Shown one piece after another: positions 29,601-44,612 of a DNA stretch of 64,000 bases; position 1 is the stretch's first letter, and each line of letters starts with the position of its first letter. A program made the translations under genes and the position numbers. The notes beneath the pieces were generated by a model that was not told the DNA's origin, did no database searches, and saw nothing but the letters and a program-made list of their open reading frames with translations. The stretch comes from the human T2T-CHM13v2.0 reference genome, Homo sapiens. The stretch lies in assembly GCF_009914755.1 (NCBI RefSeq), contig NC_060928.1. One strand, written 5' to 3'.

Positions 29601-32600
29601 ACATCACAAAAATGTCTCTGACCATGTTCCTGTCTACCTTGTATGTGCAGATATCCCGTTTACAACGAATTCCTCAAAGACCTACAAATATCCTCAAGCT
29701 GATTCTAGAAAAGGATGGTTTCAAAACTGATCTATCCAAAAAGACGTTCAACTCTGTGACTTGAATGCACACAACACAAAATTTTCTGAGAATGCTTCTG
29801 TCTAGATTGTATGTGGAGATATCTCGTTTGCCACGAATTCCTCCAAGAGCTCCAAATATCCTCAAGCAGATTCTACCCAAGCAGGGTTTCAGGAATGCTC
29901 TATCAAAAGGAAGGTTGAATTCTGTGAGTTGAATCCACACATCACGAAAAAGTTTCTGGGAATGCTTCTGTCTAATTTGTATGTGCAGATATCCCGATTG
30001 CAACGAATTCCTCAAAGAGCTCCAAATATCCTGAAGCAGATTCTTCAAAAGCAGTATTTCAAGACTGCTCTATCAAAAGGAAGGTTGAACTGTGTGAGTT
30101 GAATCCACACGTCCCAAAAAAAGTTTCTGAGAATGCTTCTGTCAATTTTGTGCAGATATCCCGTTGGCAACGAATTCCTGAAAGAGCTCCAAATATCCTC
30201 AAGCAGATTCTGCAAAAGCAGGATTTCAAGACAGCTCTATCAAAAGGAAAGTTGAACTCTGTGAGTTGAGTTCACACATCCCTAAATGTTTCTGAGAATG
30301 CTTCTGTCTAGTTTATATGTGAAGATATTTCACTTTCCACCATGAGCCTCTAAGCGCTCCAAATGAACACTTGCAGAGTATGCAGAAAGAATGTTTCCAA
30401 TCTTCTCTATCAAAGGAAAGATTCAACTCTGTGAGTTGAATGGACATATCACAAAGAACTGTCTGAGAATACTTCTGTCTAGCTTTTATGTGAAGATATT
30501 TCCTTTTCCACCGTAGGCTTCAAAGCGCTCCAAATGAACACTTGCAGATTCTACAAAAAGAATGCTTCTAAACTGCTGTATCAAGGAAAGCGTTCAACTC
30601 TGTGAGTTGAATGCACACATCCCAAAGCAGTTTCTGAGAATGCTTCTGTTTAGTTTTTATGTGAAGATATTTTGCTTTCCACCATAAGCCTTCAAAGCGC
30701 TCCAAAGGAACACTTGCAGATTATGCACAGAGAATGCCTCAAATCTGCTCTATCAAAAGAAAGGTTGGACTCTGTGAGTTCAATGGACACATCACAAAGC
30801 AGTTTCTGAGAATGCTTCTGTCCGGTTTTTCTGTGAAGATATTTCCTTTTGCACCCTAGGCTTCAAAGCGCTCCAAATGAACACTTGCAGATTCTACAAA
30901 AAGAATGTTTCAAAACTGCTCTATCAAAGACGGAGTTCAACCCTTTGACTTCAATGAACACAACACAGAGCAGTTTCTGAGAATGCTTCTGTGTAGTTTT
31001 TATCCGAAGATATTTCCTTTTCCACCATAGGCCTCAAATCGCTCCAAATATCCACTTGTAGATCGTAAGAAAACACTGTTTCAAAACTGCTTTCTCAAAA
31101 GGAAGGTTCAACTCTTTGAGTTCAATGCGCACATCACAAGGAACTGTCTGAGCAAACTTCCGTCTAGTTTTTATGTGACGATATTACCATTTCCACCGCA
31201 GGTTTCGACGCGCTCCAAAAGAACACTTGCAGATACTGCAACAAGAATGTTTCACAACTGCTCTATCAAAGAAAGCGTTCACCTCTGTGAGTTGAATGCA
31301 CACATCCCAAAGCAGTTTCTGAGAATGCTTCTGTGTAGCTTCCATGTGAAGGTATCTCCTTTTCCACCATAGGCCTCGTATCGCTCCAAATATCCACTTG
31401 GGTGATAGTGCAAAAACACTGCTTCAGAACTGCTCTCCCAAAGGAAGGTTCAACTCTGTGAGTTGAATGCAGACATCACAAAAAAGTTTCTGAGAATGCT
31501 TCCGTCCAGTTTGTATGTGCAGATACCCCGTTTACAACGAATTCCTCAAGAGCTCCAAATATCCTCAAGCAGATTCTACAAAAGCAGTATTTCAAGACTG
31601 CTCTATCAAAAGGAAGGGTGAACTCTGTGAGTTGAATCCACACATCCCAAAAAAGTTTCTGAGAATAGTTGTGTCTAGTTTGTATGTGCGGACATCCCGT
31701 TTACAGCGAATTCCTCAAAGAGCTCCAAATGTCCTCAGGCAGATTCTGCAAAAGCAGTGCTGCAAAACTGCTCTATCAAAAGAAAGGTTGAACTCTGTGA
31801 GTTGAGTTCACACATCACAAAAATGTCTCTGACCATGTTCCTGTCTACCTTGTATGTGCAGATATCCCGTTTACAACGAATTCCTCAAAGACCTACAAAT
31901 ATCCTCAAGCTGATTCTAGAAAAGGATGGTTTCAAAACTGATCTATCCAAAAAGACGTTCAACTCTGTGACTTGAATGCACACAACACAAAATTTTCTGA
32001 GAATGCTTCTGTCTAGATTGTATGTGGAGATATCTCGTTTGCCACGAATTCCTCCAAGAGCTCCAAATATCCTCAAGCAGATTCTACCCAAGCAGGGTTT
32101 CAGGAATGCTCTATCAAAAGGAAGGTTGAATTCTGTGAGTTGAATCCACACATCACGAAAAAGTTTCTGGGAATGCTTCTGTCTAATTTGTATGTGCAGA
32201 TATCCCGATTGCAACGAATTCCTCAAAGAGCTCCAAATATCCTGAAGCAGATTCTTCAAAAGCAGTATTTCAAGACTGCTCTATCAAAAGGAAGGTTGAA
32301 CTGTGTGAGTTGAATCCACACGTCCCAAAAAAAGTTTCTGAGAATGCTTCTGTCAATTTTGTGCAGATATCCCGTTGGCAACGAATTCCTGAAAGAGCTC
32401 CAAATATCCTCAAGCAGATTCTGCAAAAGCAGGATTTCAAGACAGCTCTATCAAAAGGAAAGTTGAACTCTGTGAGTTGAGTTCACACATCCCTAAATGT
32501 TTCTGAGAATGCTTCTGTCTAGTTTATATGTGAAGATATTTCACTTTCCACCATGAGCCTCTAAGCGCTCCAAATGAACACTTGCAGAGTATGCAGAAAG

Positions 32601-35600
32601 AATGTTTCCAATCTTCTCTATCAAAGGAAAGATTCAACTCTGTGAGTTGAATGGACATATCACAAAGAACTGTCTGAGAATACTTCTGTCTAGCTTTTAT
32701 GTGAAGATATTTCCTTTTCCACCGTAGGCTTCAAAGCGCTCCAAATGAACACTTGCAGATTCTACAAAAAGAATGCTTCTAAACTGCTGTATCAAGGAAA
32801 GCGTTCAACTCTGTGAGTTGAATGCACACATCCCAAAGCAGTTTCTGAGAATGCTTCTGTTTAGTTTTTATGTGAAGATATTTTGCTTTCCACCATAAGC
32901 CTTCAAAGCGCTCCAAAGGAACACTTGCAGATTATGCACAGAGAATGCCTCAAATCTGCTCTATCAAAAGAAAGGTTGGACTCTGTGAGTTCAATGGACA
33001 CATCACAAAGCAGTTTCTGAGAATGCTTCTGTCCGGTTTTTCTGTGAAGATATTTCCTTTTGCACCCTAGGCTTCAAAGCGCTCCAAATGAACACTTGCA
33101 GATTCTACAAAAAGAATGTTTCAAAACTGCTCTATCAAAGACGGAGTTCAACCCTTTGACTTCAATGAACACAACACAGAGCAGTTTCTGAGAATGCTTC
33201 TGTGTAGTTTTTATCCGAAGATATTTCCTTTTCCACCATAGGCCTCAAATCGCTCCAAATATCCACTTGTAGATCGTAAGAAAACACTGTTTCAAAACTG
33301 CTTTCTCAAAAGGAAGGTTCAACTCTTTGAGTTCAATGCGCACATCACAAGGAACTGTCTGAGCAAACTTCCGTCTAGTTTTTATGTGACGATATTACCA
33401 TTTCCACCGCAGGTTTCGACGCGCTCCAAAAGAACACTTGCAGATACTGCAACAAGAATGTTTCACAACTGCTCTATCAAAGAAAGCGTTCACCTCTGTG
33501 AGTTGAATGCACACATCCCAAAGCAGTTTCTGAGAATGCTTCTGTGTAGCTTCCATGTGAAGGTATCTCCTTTTCCACCATAGGCCTCGTATCGCTCCAA
33601 ATATCCACTTGGGTGATAGTGCAAAAACACTGCTTCAGAACTGCTCTCCCAAAGGAAGGTTCAACTCTGTGAGTTGAATGCAGACATCACAAAAAAGTTT
33701 CTGAGAATGCTTCCGTCCAGTTTGTATGTGCAGATACCCCGTTTACAACGAATTCCTCAAGAGCTCCAAATATCCTCAAGCAGATTCTACAAAAGCAGTA
33801 TTTCAAGACTGCTCTATCAAAAGGAAGGGTGAACTCTGTGAGTTGAATCCACACATCCCAAAAAAGTTTCTGAGAATAGTTGTGTCTAGTTTGTATGTGC
33901 GGACATCCCGTTTACAGCGAATTCCTCAAAGAGCTCCAAATGTCCTCAGGCAGATTCTGCAAAAGCAGTGCTGCAAAACTGCTCTATCGAAAGAAAGGTT
34001 GAACTCTGTGAGTTGAGTTCACACATCACAAAAATGTCTCTGACCATGTTCCTGTCTACCTTGTATGTGCAGATATCCCGTTTACAACGAATTCCTCAAA
34101 GACCTACAAATATCCTCAAGCTGATTCTAGAAAAGGATGGTTTCAAAACTGATCTATCCAAAAAGACGTTCAACTCTGTGACTTGAATGCACACAACACA
34201 AAATTTTCTGAGAATGCTTCTGTCTAGATTGTATGTGGAGATATCTCGTTTGCCACGAATTCCTCCAAGAGCTCCAAATATCCTCAAGCAGATTCTACCC
34301 AAGCAGGGTTTCAGGAATGCTCTATCAAAAGGAAGGTTGAATTCTGTGAGTTGAATCCACACATCACGAAAAAGTTTCTGCGAATGCTTCTGTCTAATTT
34401 GTATGTGCAGATATCCCGATTGCAACGAATTCCTCAAAGAGCTCCAAATATCCTGAAGCAGATTCTTCAAAAGCAGTATTTCAAGACTGCTCTATCAAAA
34501 GGAAGGTTGAACTGTGTGAGTTGAATCCACACGTCCCAAAAAAAGTTTCTGAGAATGCTTCTGTCAATTTTGTGCAGATATCCCGTTGGCAACGAATTCC
34601 TGAAAGAGCTCCAAATATCCTCAAGCAGATTCTGCAAAAGCAGGATTTCAAGACAGCTCTATCAAAAGGAAAGTTGAACTCTGTGAGTTGAGTTCACACA
34701 TCCCTAAATGTTTCTGAGAATGCTTCTGTCTAGTTTATATGTGAAGATATTTCACTTTCCACCATGAGCCTCTAAGCGCTCCAAATGAACACTTGCAGAG
34801 TATGCAGAAAGAATGTTTCCAATCTTCTCTATCAAAGGAAAGATTCAACTCTGTGAGTTGAATGGACATATCACAAAGAACTGTCTGAGAATACTTCTGT
34901 CTAGCTTTTATGTGAAGATATTTCCTTTTCCACCGTAGGCTTCAAAGCGCTCCAAATGAACACTTGCAGATTCTACAAAAAGAATGCTTCTAAACTGCTG
35001 TATCAAGGAAAGCGTTCAACTCTGTGAGTTGAATGCACACATCCCAAAGCAGTTTCTGAGAATGCTTCTGTTTAGTTTTTATGTGAAGATATTTTGCTTT
35101 CCACCATAAGCCTTCAAAGCGCTCCAAAGGAACACTTGCAGATTATGCACAGAGAATGCCTCAAATCTGCTCTATCAAAAGAAAGGTTGGACTCTGTGAG
35201 TTCAATGGACACATCACAAAGCAGTTTCTGAGAATGCTTCTGTCCGGTTTTTCTGTGAAGATATTTCCTTTTGCACCCTAGGCTTCAAAGCGCTCCAAAT
35301 GAACACTTGCAGATTCTACAAAAAGAATGTTTCAAAACTGCTCTATCAAAGACGGAGTTCAACCCTTTGACTTCAATGAACACAACACAGAGCAGTTTCT
35401 GAGAATGCTTCTGTGTAGTTTTTATCCGAAGATATTTCCTTTTCCACCATAGGCCTCAAATCGCTCCAAATATCCACTTGTAGATCGTAAGAAAACACTG
35501 TTTCAAAACTGCTTTCTCAAAAGGAAGGTTCAACTCTTTGAGTTCAATGCGCACATCACAAGGAACTGTCTGAGCAAACTTCCGTCTAGTTTTTATGTGA

Positions 35601-38600
35601 CGATATTACCATTTCCACCGCAGGTTTCGACGCGCTCCAAAAGAACACTTGCAGATACTGCAACAAGAATGTTTCACAACTGCTCTATCAAAGAAACCGT
35701 TCACCTCTGTGAGTTGAATGCACACATCCCAAAGCAGTTTCTGAGAATGCTTCTGTGTAGCTTCCATGTGAAGGTATCTCCTTTTCCACCATAGGCCTCG
35801 TATCGCTCCAAATATCCACTTGGGTGATAGTGCAAAAACACTGCTTCAGAACTGCTCTCCCAAAGGAAGGTTCAACTCTGTGAGTTGAATGCAGACATCA
35901 CAAAAAAGTTTCTGAGAATGCTTCCGTCCAGTTTGTATGTGCAGATACCCCGTTTACAACGAATTCCTCAAGAGCTCCAAATATCCTCAAGCAGATTCTA
36001 CAAAAGCAGTATTTCAAGACTGCTCTATCAAAAGGAAGGGTGAACTCTGTGAGTTGAATCCACACATCCCAAAAAAGTTTCTGAGAATAGTTGTGTCTAG
36101 TTTGTATGTGCGGACATCCCGTTTACAGCGAATTCCTCAAAGAGCTCCAAATGTCCTCAGGCAGATTCTGCAAAAGCAGTGCTGCAAAACTGCTCTATCA
36201 AAAGAAAGGTTGAACTCTGTGAGTTGAGTTCACACATCACAAAAATGTCTCTGACCATGTTCCTGTCTACCTTGTATGTGCAGATATCCCGTTTACAACG
36301 AATTCCTCAAAGACCTACAAATATCCTCAAGCTGATTCTAGAAAAGGATGGTTTCAAAACTGATCTATCCAAAAAGACGTTCAACTCTGTGACTTGAATG
36401 CACACAACACAAAATTTTCTGAGAATGCTTCTGTCTAGATTGTATGTGGAGATATCTCGTTTGCCACGAATTCCTCCAAGAGCTCCAAATATCCTCAAGC
36501 AGATTCTACCCAAGCAGGGTTTCAGGAATGCTCTATCAAAAGGAAGGTTGAATTCTGTGAGTTGAATCCACACATCACGAAAAAGTTTCTGCGAATGCTT
36601 CTGTCTAATTTGTATGTGCAGATATCCCGATTGCAACGAATTCCTCAAAGAGCTCCAAATATCCTGAAGCAGATTCTTCAAAAGCAGTATTTCAAGACTG
36701 CTCTATCAAAAGGAAGGTTGAACTGTGTGAGTTGAATCCACACGTCCCAAAAAAAGTTTCTGAGAATGCTTCTGTCAATTTTGTGCAGATATCCCGTTGG
36801 CAACGAATTCCTGAAAGAGCTCCAAATATCCTCAAGCAGATTCTGCAAAAGCAGGATTTCAAGACAGCTCTATCAAAAGGAAAGTTGAACTCTGTGAGTT
36901 GAGTTCACACATCCCTAAATGTTTCTGAGAATGCTTCTGTCTAGTTTATATGTGAAGATATTTCACTTTCCACCATGAGCCTCTAAGCGCTCCAAATGAA
37001 CACTTGCAGAGTATGCAGAAAGAATGTTTCCAATCTTCTCTATCAAAGGAAAGATTCAACTCTGTGAGTTGAATGGACATATCACAAAGAACTGTCTGAG
37101 AATACTTCTGTCTAGCTTTTATGTGAAGATATTTCCTTTTCCACCGTAGGCTTCAAAGCGCTCCAAATGAACACTTGCAGATTCTACAAAAAGAATGCTT
37201 CTAAACTGCTGTATCAAGGAAAGCGTTCAACTCTGTGAGTTGAATGCACACATCCCAAAGCAGTTTCTGAGAATGCTTCTGTTTAGTTTTTATGTGAAGA
37301 TATTTTGCTTTCCACCATAAGCCTTCAAAGCGCTCCAAAGGAACACTTGCAGATTATGCACAGAGAATGCCTCAAATCTGCTCTATCAAAAGAAAGGTTG
37401 GACTCTGTGAGTTCAATGGACACATCACAAAGCAGTTTCTGAGAATGCTTCTGTCCGGTTTTTCTGTGAAGATATTTCCTTTTGCACCCTAGGCTTCAAA
37501 GCGCTCCAAATGAACACTTGCAGATTCTACAAAAAGAATGTTTCAAAACTGCTCTATCAAAGACGGAGTTCAACCCTTTGACTTCAATGAACACAACACA
37601 GAGCAGTTTCTGAGAATGCTTCTGTGTAGTTTTTATCCGAAGATATTTCCTTTTCCACCATAGGCCTCAAATCGCTCCAAATATCCACTTGTAGATCGTA
37701 AGAAAACACTGTTTCAAAACTGCTTTCTCAAAAGGAAGGTTCAACTCTTTGAGTTCAATGCGCACATCACAAGGAACTGTCTGAGCAAACTTCCGTCTAG
37801 TTTTTATGTGACGATATTACCATTTCCACCGCAGGTTTCGAAGCGCTCCAAAAGAACACTTGCAGATACTGCAACAAGAATGTTTCACAACTGCTCTATC
37901 AAAGAAAGCGTTCACCTCTGTGAGTTGAATGCACACATCCCAAAGCAGTTTCTGAGAATGCTTCTGTGTAGCTTCCATGTGAAGGTATCTCCTTTTCCAC
38001 CATAGGCCTCGTATCGCTCCAAATATCCACTTGGGTGATAGTGCAAAAACACTGCTTCAGAACTGCTCTCCCAAAGGAAGGTTCAACTCTGTGAGTTGAA
38101 TGCAGACATCACAAAAAAGTTTCTGAGAATGCTTCCGTCCAGTTTGTATGTGCAGATACCCCGTTTACAACGAATTCCTCAAGAGCTCCAAATATCCTCA
38201 AGCAGATTCTACAAAAGCAGTATTTCAAGACTGCTCTATCAAAAGGAAGGGTGAACTCTGTGAGTTGAATCCACACATCCCAAAAAAGTTTCTGAGAATA
38301 GTTGTGTCTAGTTTGTATGTGCGGACATCCCGTTTACAGCGAATTCCTCAAAGAGCTCCAAATGTCCTCAGGCAGATTCTGCAAAAGCAGTGCTGCAAAA
38401 CTGCTCTATCGAAAGAAAGGTTGAACTCTGTGAGTTGAGTTCACACATCACAAAAAAGTCTCTGACCATGTTCCTGTCTACCTTGTATGTGCAGATATCC
38501 CGTTTACAACGAATTCCTCAAAGACCTACAAATATCCTCAAGCTGATTCTAGAAAAGGATGGTTTCAAAACTGATCTATCCAAAAAGACGTTCAACTCTG

Positions 38601-41600
38601 TGACTTGAATGCACACAACACAAAATTTTCTGAGAATGCTTCTGTCTAGATTGTATGTGGAGATATCTCGTTTGCCACGAATTCCTCCAAGAGCTCCAAA
38701 TATCCTCAAGCAGATTCTACCCAAGCAGGGTTTCAGGAATGCTCTATCAAAAGGAAGGTTGAATTCTGTGAGTTGAATCCACACATCACGAAAAAGTTTC
38801 TGCGAATGCTTCTGTCTAATTTGTATGTGCAGATATCCCGATTGCAACGAATTCCTCAAAGAGCTCCAAATATCCTGAAGCAGATTCTTCAAAAGCAGTA
38901 TTTCAAGACTGCTCTATCAAAAGGAAGGTTGAACTGTGTGAGTTGAATCCACACATCCCAAAAAAAGTTTCTGAGAATGCTTCTGTCAATTTTGTGCAGA
39001 TATCCCGTTGGCAACGAATTCCTGAAAGAGCTCCAAATATCCTCAAGCAGATTCTGCAAAAGCAGGATTTCAAGACAGCTCTATCAAAAGGAAAGTTGAA
39101 CTCTGTGAGTTGAGTTCACACATCCCTAAATGTTTCTGAGAATGCTTCTGTCTAGTTTATATGTGAAGATATTTCACTTTCCACCATGAGCCTCTAAGCG
39201 CTCCAAATGAACACTTGCAGAGTATGCAGAAAGAATGTTTCCAATCTTCTCTATCAAAGGAAAGATTCAACTCTGTGAGTTGAATGGACATATCACAAAG
39301 AACTGTCTGAGAATACTTCTGTCTAGCTTTTATGTGAAGATATTTCCTTTTCCACCGTAGGCTTCAAAGCGCTCCAAATGAACACTTGCAGATTCTACAA
39401 AAAGAATGCTTCTAAACTGCTGTATCAAAGAAAGCGTTCAACTCTGTGAGTTGAATGCACACATCCCAAAGCAGTTTCTGAGAATGCTTCTGTTTAGTTT
39501 TTATGTGAAGATATTTTGCTTTCCACCATAAGCCTTCAAAGCGCTCCAAAGGAACACTTGCAGATTATGCACAGAGAATGCCTCAAATCTGCTCTATCAA
39601 AAGAAAGGTTGGACTCTGTGAGTTCAATGGACACATCACAAAGCAGTTTCTGAGAATGCTTCTGTCCGGTTTTTCTGTGAAGATATTTCCTTTTGCACCC
39701 TAGGCTTCAAAGCGCTCCAAATGAACACTTGCAGATTCTACAAAAAGAATGTTTCAAAACTGCTCTATCAAAGACGGAGTTCAACCCTTTGACTTCAATG
39801 AACACAACACAGAGCAGTTTCTGAGAATGCTTCTGTGTAGTTTTTATCCGAAGATATTTCCTTTTCCACCATAGGCCTCAAATCGCTCCAAATATCCACT
39901 TGTAGATCGTAAGAAAACACTGTTTCAAAACTGCTTTCTCAAAAGGAAGGTTCAACTCTTTGAGTTCAATGCGCACATCACAAGGAACTGTCTGAGCAAA
40001 CTTCCGTCTAGTTTTTATGTGACGATATTACCATTTCCACCGCAGGTTTCGAAGCGCTCCAAAAGAACACTTGCAGATACTGCTACAAGAATGTTTCACA
40101 ACTGCTCTATCAAAGAAACCGTTCACCTCTGTGAGTTGAATGCACACATCCCAAAGCAGTTTCTGAGAATGCTTCTGTGTAGCTTCCATGTGAAGGTATC
40201 TCCTTTTCCACCATAGGCCTCGTATCGCTCCAAATATCCACTTGGGTGATAGTGCAAAAACACTGCTTCAGAACTGCTCTCCCAAAGGAAGGTTCAACTC
40301 TGTGAGTTGAATGCAGACATCACAAAAAAGTTTCTGAGAATGCTTCCGTCCAGTTTGTATGTGCAGATACCCCGTTTACAACGAATTCCTCAAGAGCTCC
40401 AAATATCCTCAAGCAGATTCTACAAAAGCAGTATTTCAAGACTGCTCTATCAAAAGGAAGGGTGAACTCTGTGAGTTGAATCCACACATCCCAAAAAAGT
40501 TTCTGAGAATAGTTGTGTCTAGTTTGTATGTGCGGACATCCCGTTTACAGCGAATTCCTCAAAGAGCTCCAAATGTCCTCAGGCAGATTCTGCAAAAGCA
40601 GTGCTGCAAAACTGCTCTATCAAAAGAAAGGTTGAACTCTGTGAGTTGAGTTCACACATCACAAAAATGTCTCTGACCATGTTCCTGTCTACCTTGTATG
40701 TGCAGATATCCCGTTTACAACGAATTCCTCAAAGACCTACAAATATCCTCAAGCTGATTCTAGAAAAGGATGGTTTCAAAACTGATCTATCCAAAAAGAC
40801 GTTCAACTCTGTGACTTGAATGCACACAACACAAAATTTTCTGAGAATGCTTCTGTCTAGATTGTATGTGGAGATATCTCGTTTGCCACGAATTCCTCCA
40901 AGAGCTCCAAATATCCTCAAGCAGATTCTACCCAAGCAGGGTTTCAGGAATGCTCTATCAAAAGGAAGGTTGAATTCTGTGAGTTGAATCCACACATCAC
41001 GAAAAAGTTTCTGCGAATGCTTCTGTCTAATTTGTATGTGCAGATATCCCGATTGCAACGAATTCCTCAAAGAGCTCCAAATATCCTGAAGCAGATTCTT
41101 CAAAAGCAGTATTTCAAGACTGCTCTATCAAAAGGAAGGTTGAACTGTGTGAGTTGAATCCACACATCCCAAAAAAAGTTTCTGAGAATGCTTCTGTCAA
41201 TTTTGTGCAGATATCCCGTTGGCAACGAATTCCTGAAAGAGCTCCAAATATCCTCAAGCAGATTCTGCAAAAGCAGGATTTCAAGACAGCTCTATCAAAA
41301 GGAAAGTTGAACTCTGTGAGTTGAGTTCACACATCCCTAAATGTTTCTGAGAATGCTTCTGTCTAGTTTATATGTGAAGATATTTCACTTTCCACCATGA
41401 GCCTCTAAGCGCTCCAAATGAACACTTGCAGAGTATGCAGAAAGAATGTTTCCAATCTTCTCTATCAAAGGAAAGATTCAACTCTGTGAGTTGAATGGAC
41501 ATATCACAAAGAACTGTCTGAGAATACTTCTGTCTAGCTTTTATGTGAAGATATTTCCTTTTCCACCGTAGGCTTCAAAGCGCTCCAAATGAACACTTGC

Positions 41601-44600
41601 AGATTCTACAAAAAGAATGCTTCTAAACTGCTGTATCAAAGAAAGCGTTCAACTCTGTGAGTTGAATGCACACATCCCAAAGCAGTTTCTGAGAATGCTT
41701 CTGTTTAGTTTTTATGTGAAGATATTTTGCTTTCCACCATAAGCCTTCAAAGCGCTCCAAAGGAACACTTGCAGATTATGCACAGAGAATGCCTCAAATC
41801 TGCTCTATCAAAAGAAAGGTTGGACTCTGTGAGTTCAATGGACACATCACAAAGCAGTTTCTGAGAATGCTTCTGTCCGGTTTTTCTGTGAAGATATTTC
41901 CTTTTGCACCCTAGGCTTCAAAGCGCTCCAAATGAACACTTGCAGATTCTACAAAAAGAATGTTTCAAAACTGCTCTATCAAAGACGGAGCTCAACCCTT
42001 TGACTTAAATGAACACAACACAGAGCAGTTTCTGAGAATGCTTCTGTGTAGTTTTTATCCGAAGATATTTCCTTTTCCACCATAGGCCTCAAATCGCTCC
42101 AAATATCCACTTGTAGATCGTAAGAAAACACTGTTTCAAAACTGCTTTCTCAAAAGGAAGGTTCAACTCTTTGAGTTCAATGCGCACATCACAAGGAACT
42201 GTCTGAGCAAACTTCCGTCTAGTTTTTATGTGACGATATTACCATTTCCACCGCAGGTTTCGACGCGCTCCAAAAGAACACTTGCAGATACTGCAACAAG
42301 AATGTTTCACAACTGCTCTATCAAAGAAAGCGTTCACCTCTGTGAGTTGAATGCACACATCCCAAAGCAGTTTCTGAGAATGCTTCTGTGTAGCTTCCAT
42401 GTGAAGGTATCTCCTTTTCCACCATAGGCCTCGTATCGCTCCAAATATCCACTTGGGTGATAGTGCAAAAACACTGCTTCAGAACTGCTCTCCCAAAGGA
42501 AGGTTCAACTCTGTGAGTTGAATGCAGACATCACAAAAAAGTTTCTGAGAATGCTTCCGTCCAGTTTGTATGTGCAGATACCCCGTTTACAACGAATTCC
42601 TCAAGAGCTCCAAATATCCTCAAGCAGATTCTACAAAAGCAGTATTTCAAGACTGCTCTATCAAAAGGAAGGGTGAACTCTGTGAGTTGAATCCACACAT
42701 CCCAAAAAAGTTTCTGAGAATAGTTGTGTCTAGTTTGTATGTGCGGACATCCCGTTTACAGCGAATTCCTCAAAGAGCTCCAAATGTCCTCAGGCAGATT
42801 CTGCAAAAGCAGTGCTGCAAAACTGCTCTATCAAAAGAAAGGTTGAACTCTGTGAGTTGAGTTCACACATCACAAAAAAGTCTCTGACCATGTTCCTGTC
42901 TACCTTGTATGTGCAGATATCCCGTTTACAACGAATTCCTCAAAGACCTACAAATATCCTCAAGCTGATTCTAGAAAAGGATGGTTTCAAAACTGATCTA
43001 TCCAAAAAGACGTTCAACTCTGTGACTTGAATGCACACAACACAAAATTTTCTGAGAATGCTTCTGTCTAGATTGTATGTGGAGATATCTCGTTTGCCAC
43101 GAATTCCTCCAAGAGCTCCAAATATCCTCAAGCAGATTCTACCCAAGCAGGGTTTCAGGAATGCTCTATCAAAAGGAAGGTTGAATTCTGTGAGTTGAAT
43201 CCACACATCACGAAAAAGTTTCTGGGAATGCTTCTGTCTAATTTGTATGTGCAGATATCCCGATTGCAACGAATTCCTCAAAGAGCTCCAAATATCCTGA
43301 AGCAGATTCTTCAAAAGCAGTATTTCAAGACTGCTCTATCAAAAGGAAGGTTGAACTGTGTGAGTTGAATCCACACATCCCAAAAAAAGTTTCTGAGAAT
43401 GCTTCTGTCAATTTTGTGCAGATATCCCGTTGGCAACGAATTCCTGAAAGAGCTCCAAATATCCTCAAGCAGATTCTGCAAAAGCAGGATTTCAAGACAG
43501 CTCTATCAAAAGGAAAGTTGAACTCTGTGAGTTGAGTTCACACATCCCTAAATGTTTCTGAGAATGCTTCTGTCTAGTTTATATGTGAAGATATTTCACT
43601 TTCCACCATGAGCCTCTAAGCGCTCCAAATGAACACTTGCAGAGTATGCAGAAAGAATGTTTCCAATCTTCTCTATCAAAGGAAAGATTCAACTCTGTGA
43701 GTTGAATGGACATATCACAAAGAACTGTCTGAGAATACTTCTGTCTAGCTTTTATGTGAAGATATTTCCTTTTCCACCGTAGGCTTCAAAGCGCTCCAAA
43801 TGAACACTTGCAGATTCTACAAAAAGAATGCTTCTAAACTGCTGTATCAAGGAAAGCGTTCAACTCTGTGAGTTGAATGCACACATCCCAAAGCAGTTTC
43901 TGAGAATGCTTCTGTTTAGTTTTTATGTGAAGATATTTTGCTTTCCACCATAAGCCTTCAAAGCGCTCCAAAGGAACACTTGCAGATTATGCACAGAGAA
44001 TGCCTCAAATCTGCTCTATCAAAAGAAAGGTTGGACTCTGTGAGTTCAATGGACACATCACAAAGCAGTTTCTGAGAATGCTTCTGTCCGGTTTTTCTGT
44101 GAAGATATTTCCTTTTGCACCCTAGGCTTCAAAGCGCTCCAAATGAACACTTGCAGATTCTACAAAAAGAATGTTTCAAAACTGCTCTATCAAAGACGGA
44201 GTTCAACCCTTTGACTTCAATGAACACAACACAGAGCAGTTTCTGAGAATGCTTCTGTGTAGTTTTTATCCGAAGATATTTCCTTTTCCACCATAGGCCT
44301 CAAATCGCTCCAAATATCCACTTGTAGATCGTAAGAAAACACTGTTTCAAAACTGCTTTCTCAAAAGGAAGGTTCAACTCTTTGAGTTCAATGCGCACAT
44401 CACAAGGAACTGTCTGAGCAAACTTCCGTCTAGTTTTTATGTGACGATATTACCATTTCCACCGCAGGTTTCGAAGCGCTCCAAAAGAACACTTGCAGAT
44501 ACTGCAACAAGAATGTTTCACAACTGCTCTATCAAAGAAAGCGTTCACCTCTGTGAGTTGAATGCACACATCCCAAAGCAGTTTCTGAGAATGCTTCTGT

Positions 44601-44612
44601 GTAGCTTCCATG

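Larger units (their letters stand above)
1..44612 (-). repeat. Homogeneous 13-mer alpha satellite HOR block, 2211-bp period, 20 full copies plus the start of copy 21
   Basis: 'tgaacacaacacagagcag' occurs at 1, 2212, ..., 22111, ..., 44221 (1+n*2211). ORF-track starts 221, 2432, ..., 44441 are spaced by exactly 2211. Thirteen box positions were counted per unit. Copies differ only by scattered substitutions. Confidence 0.98.
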
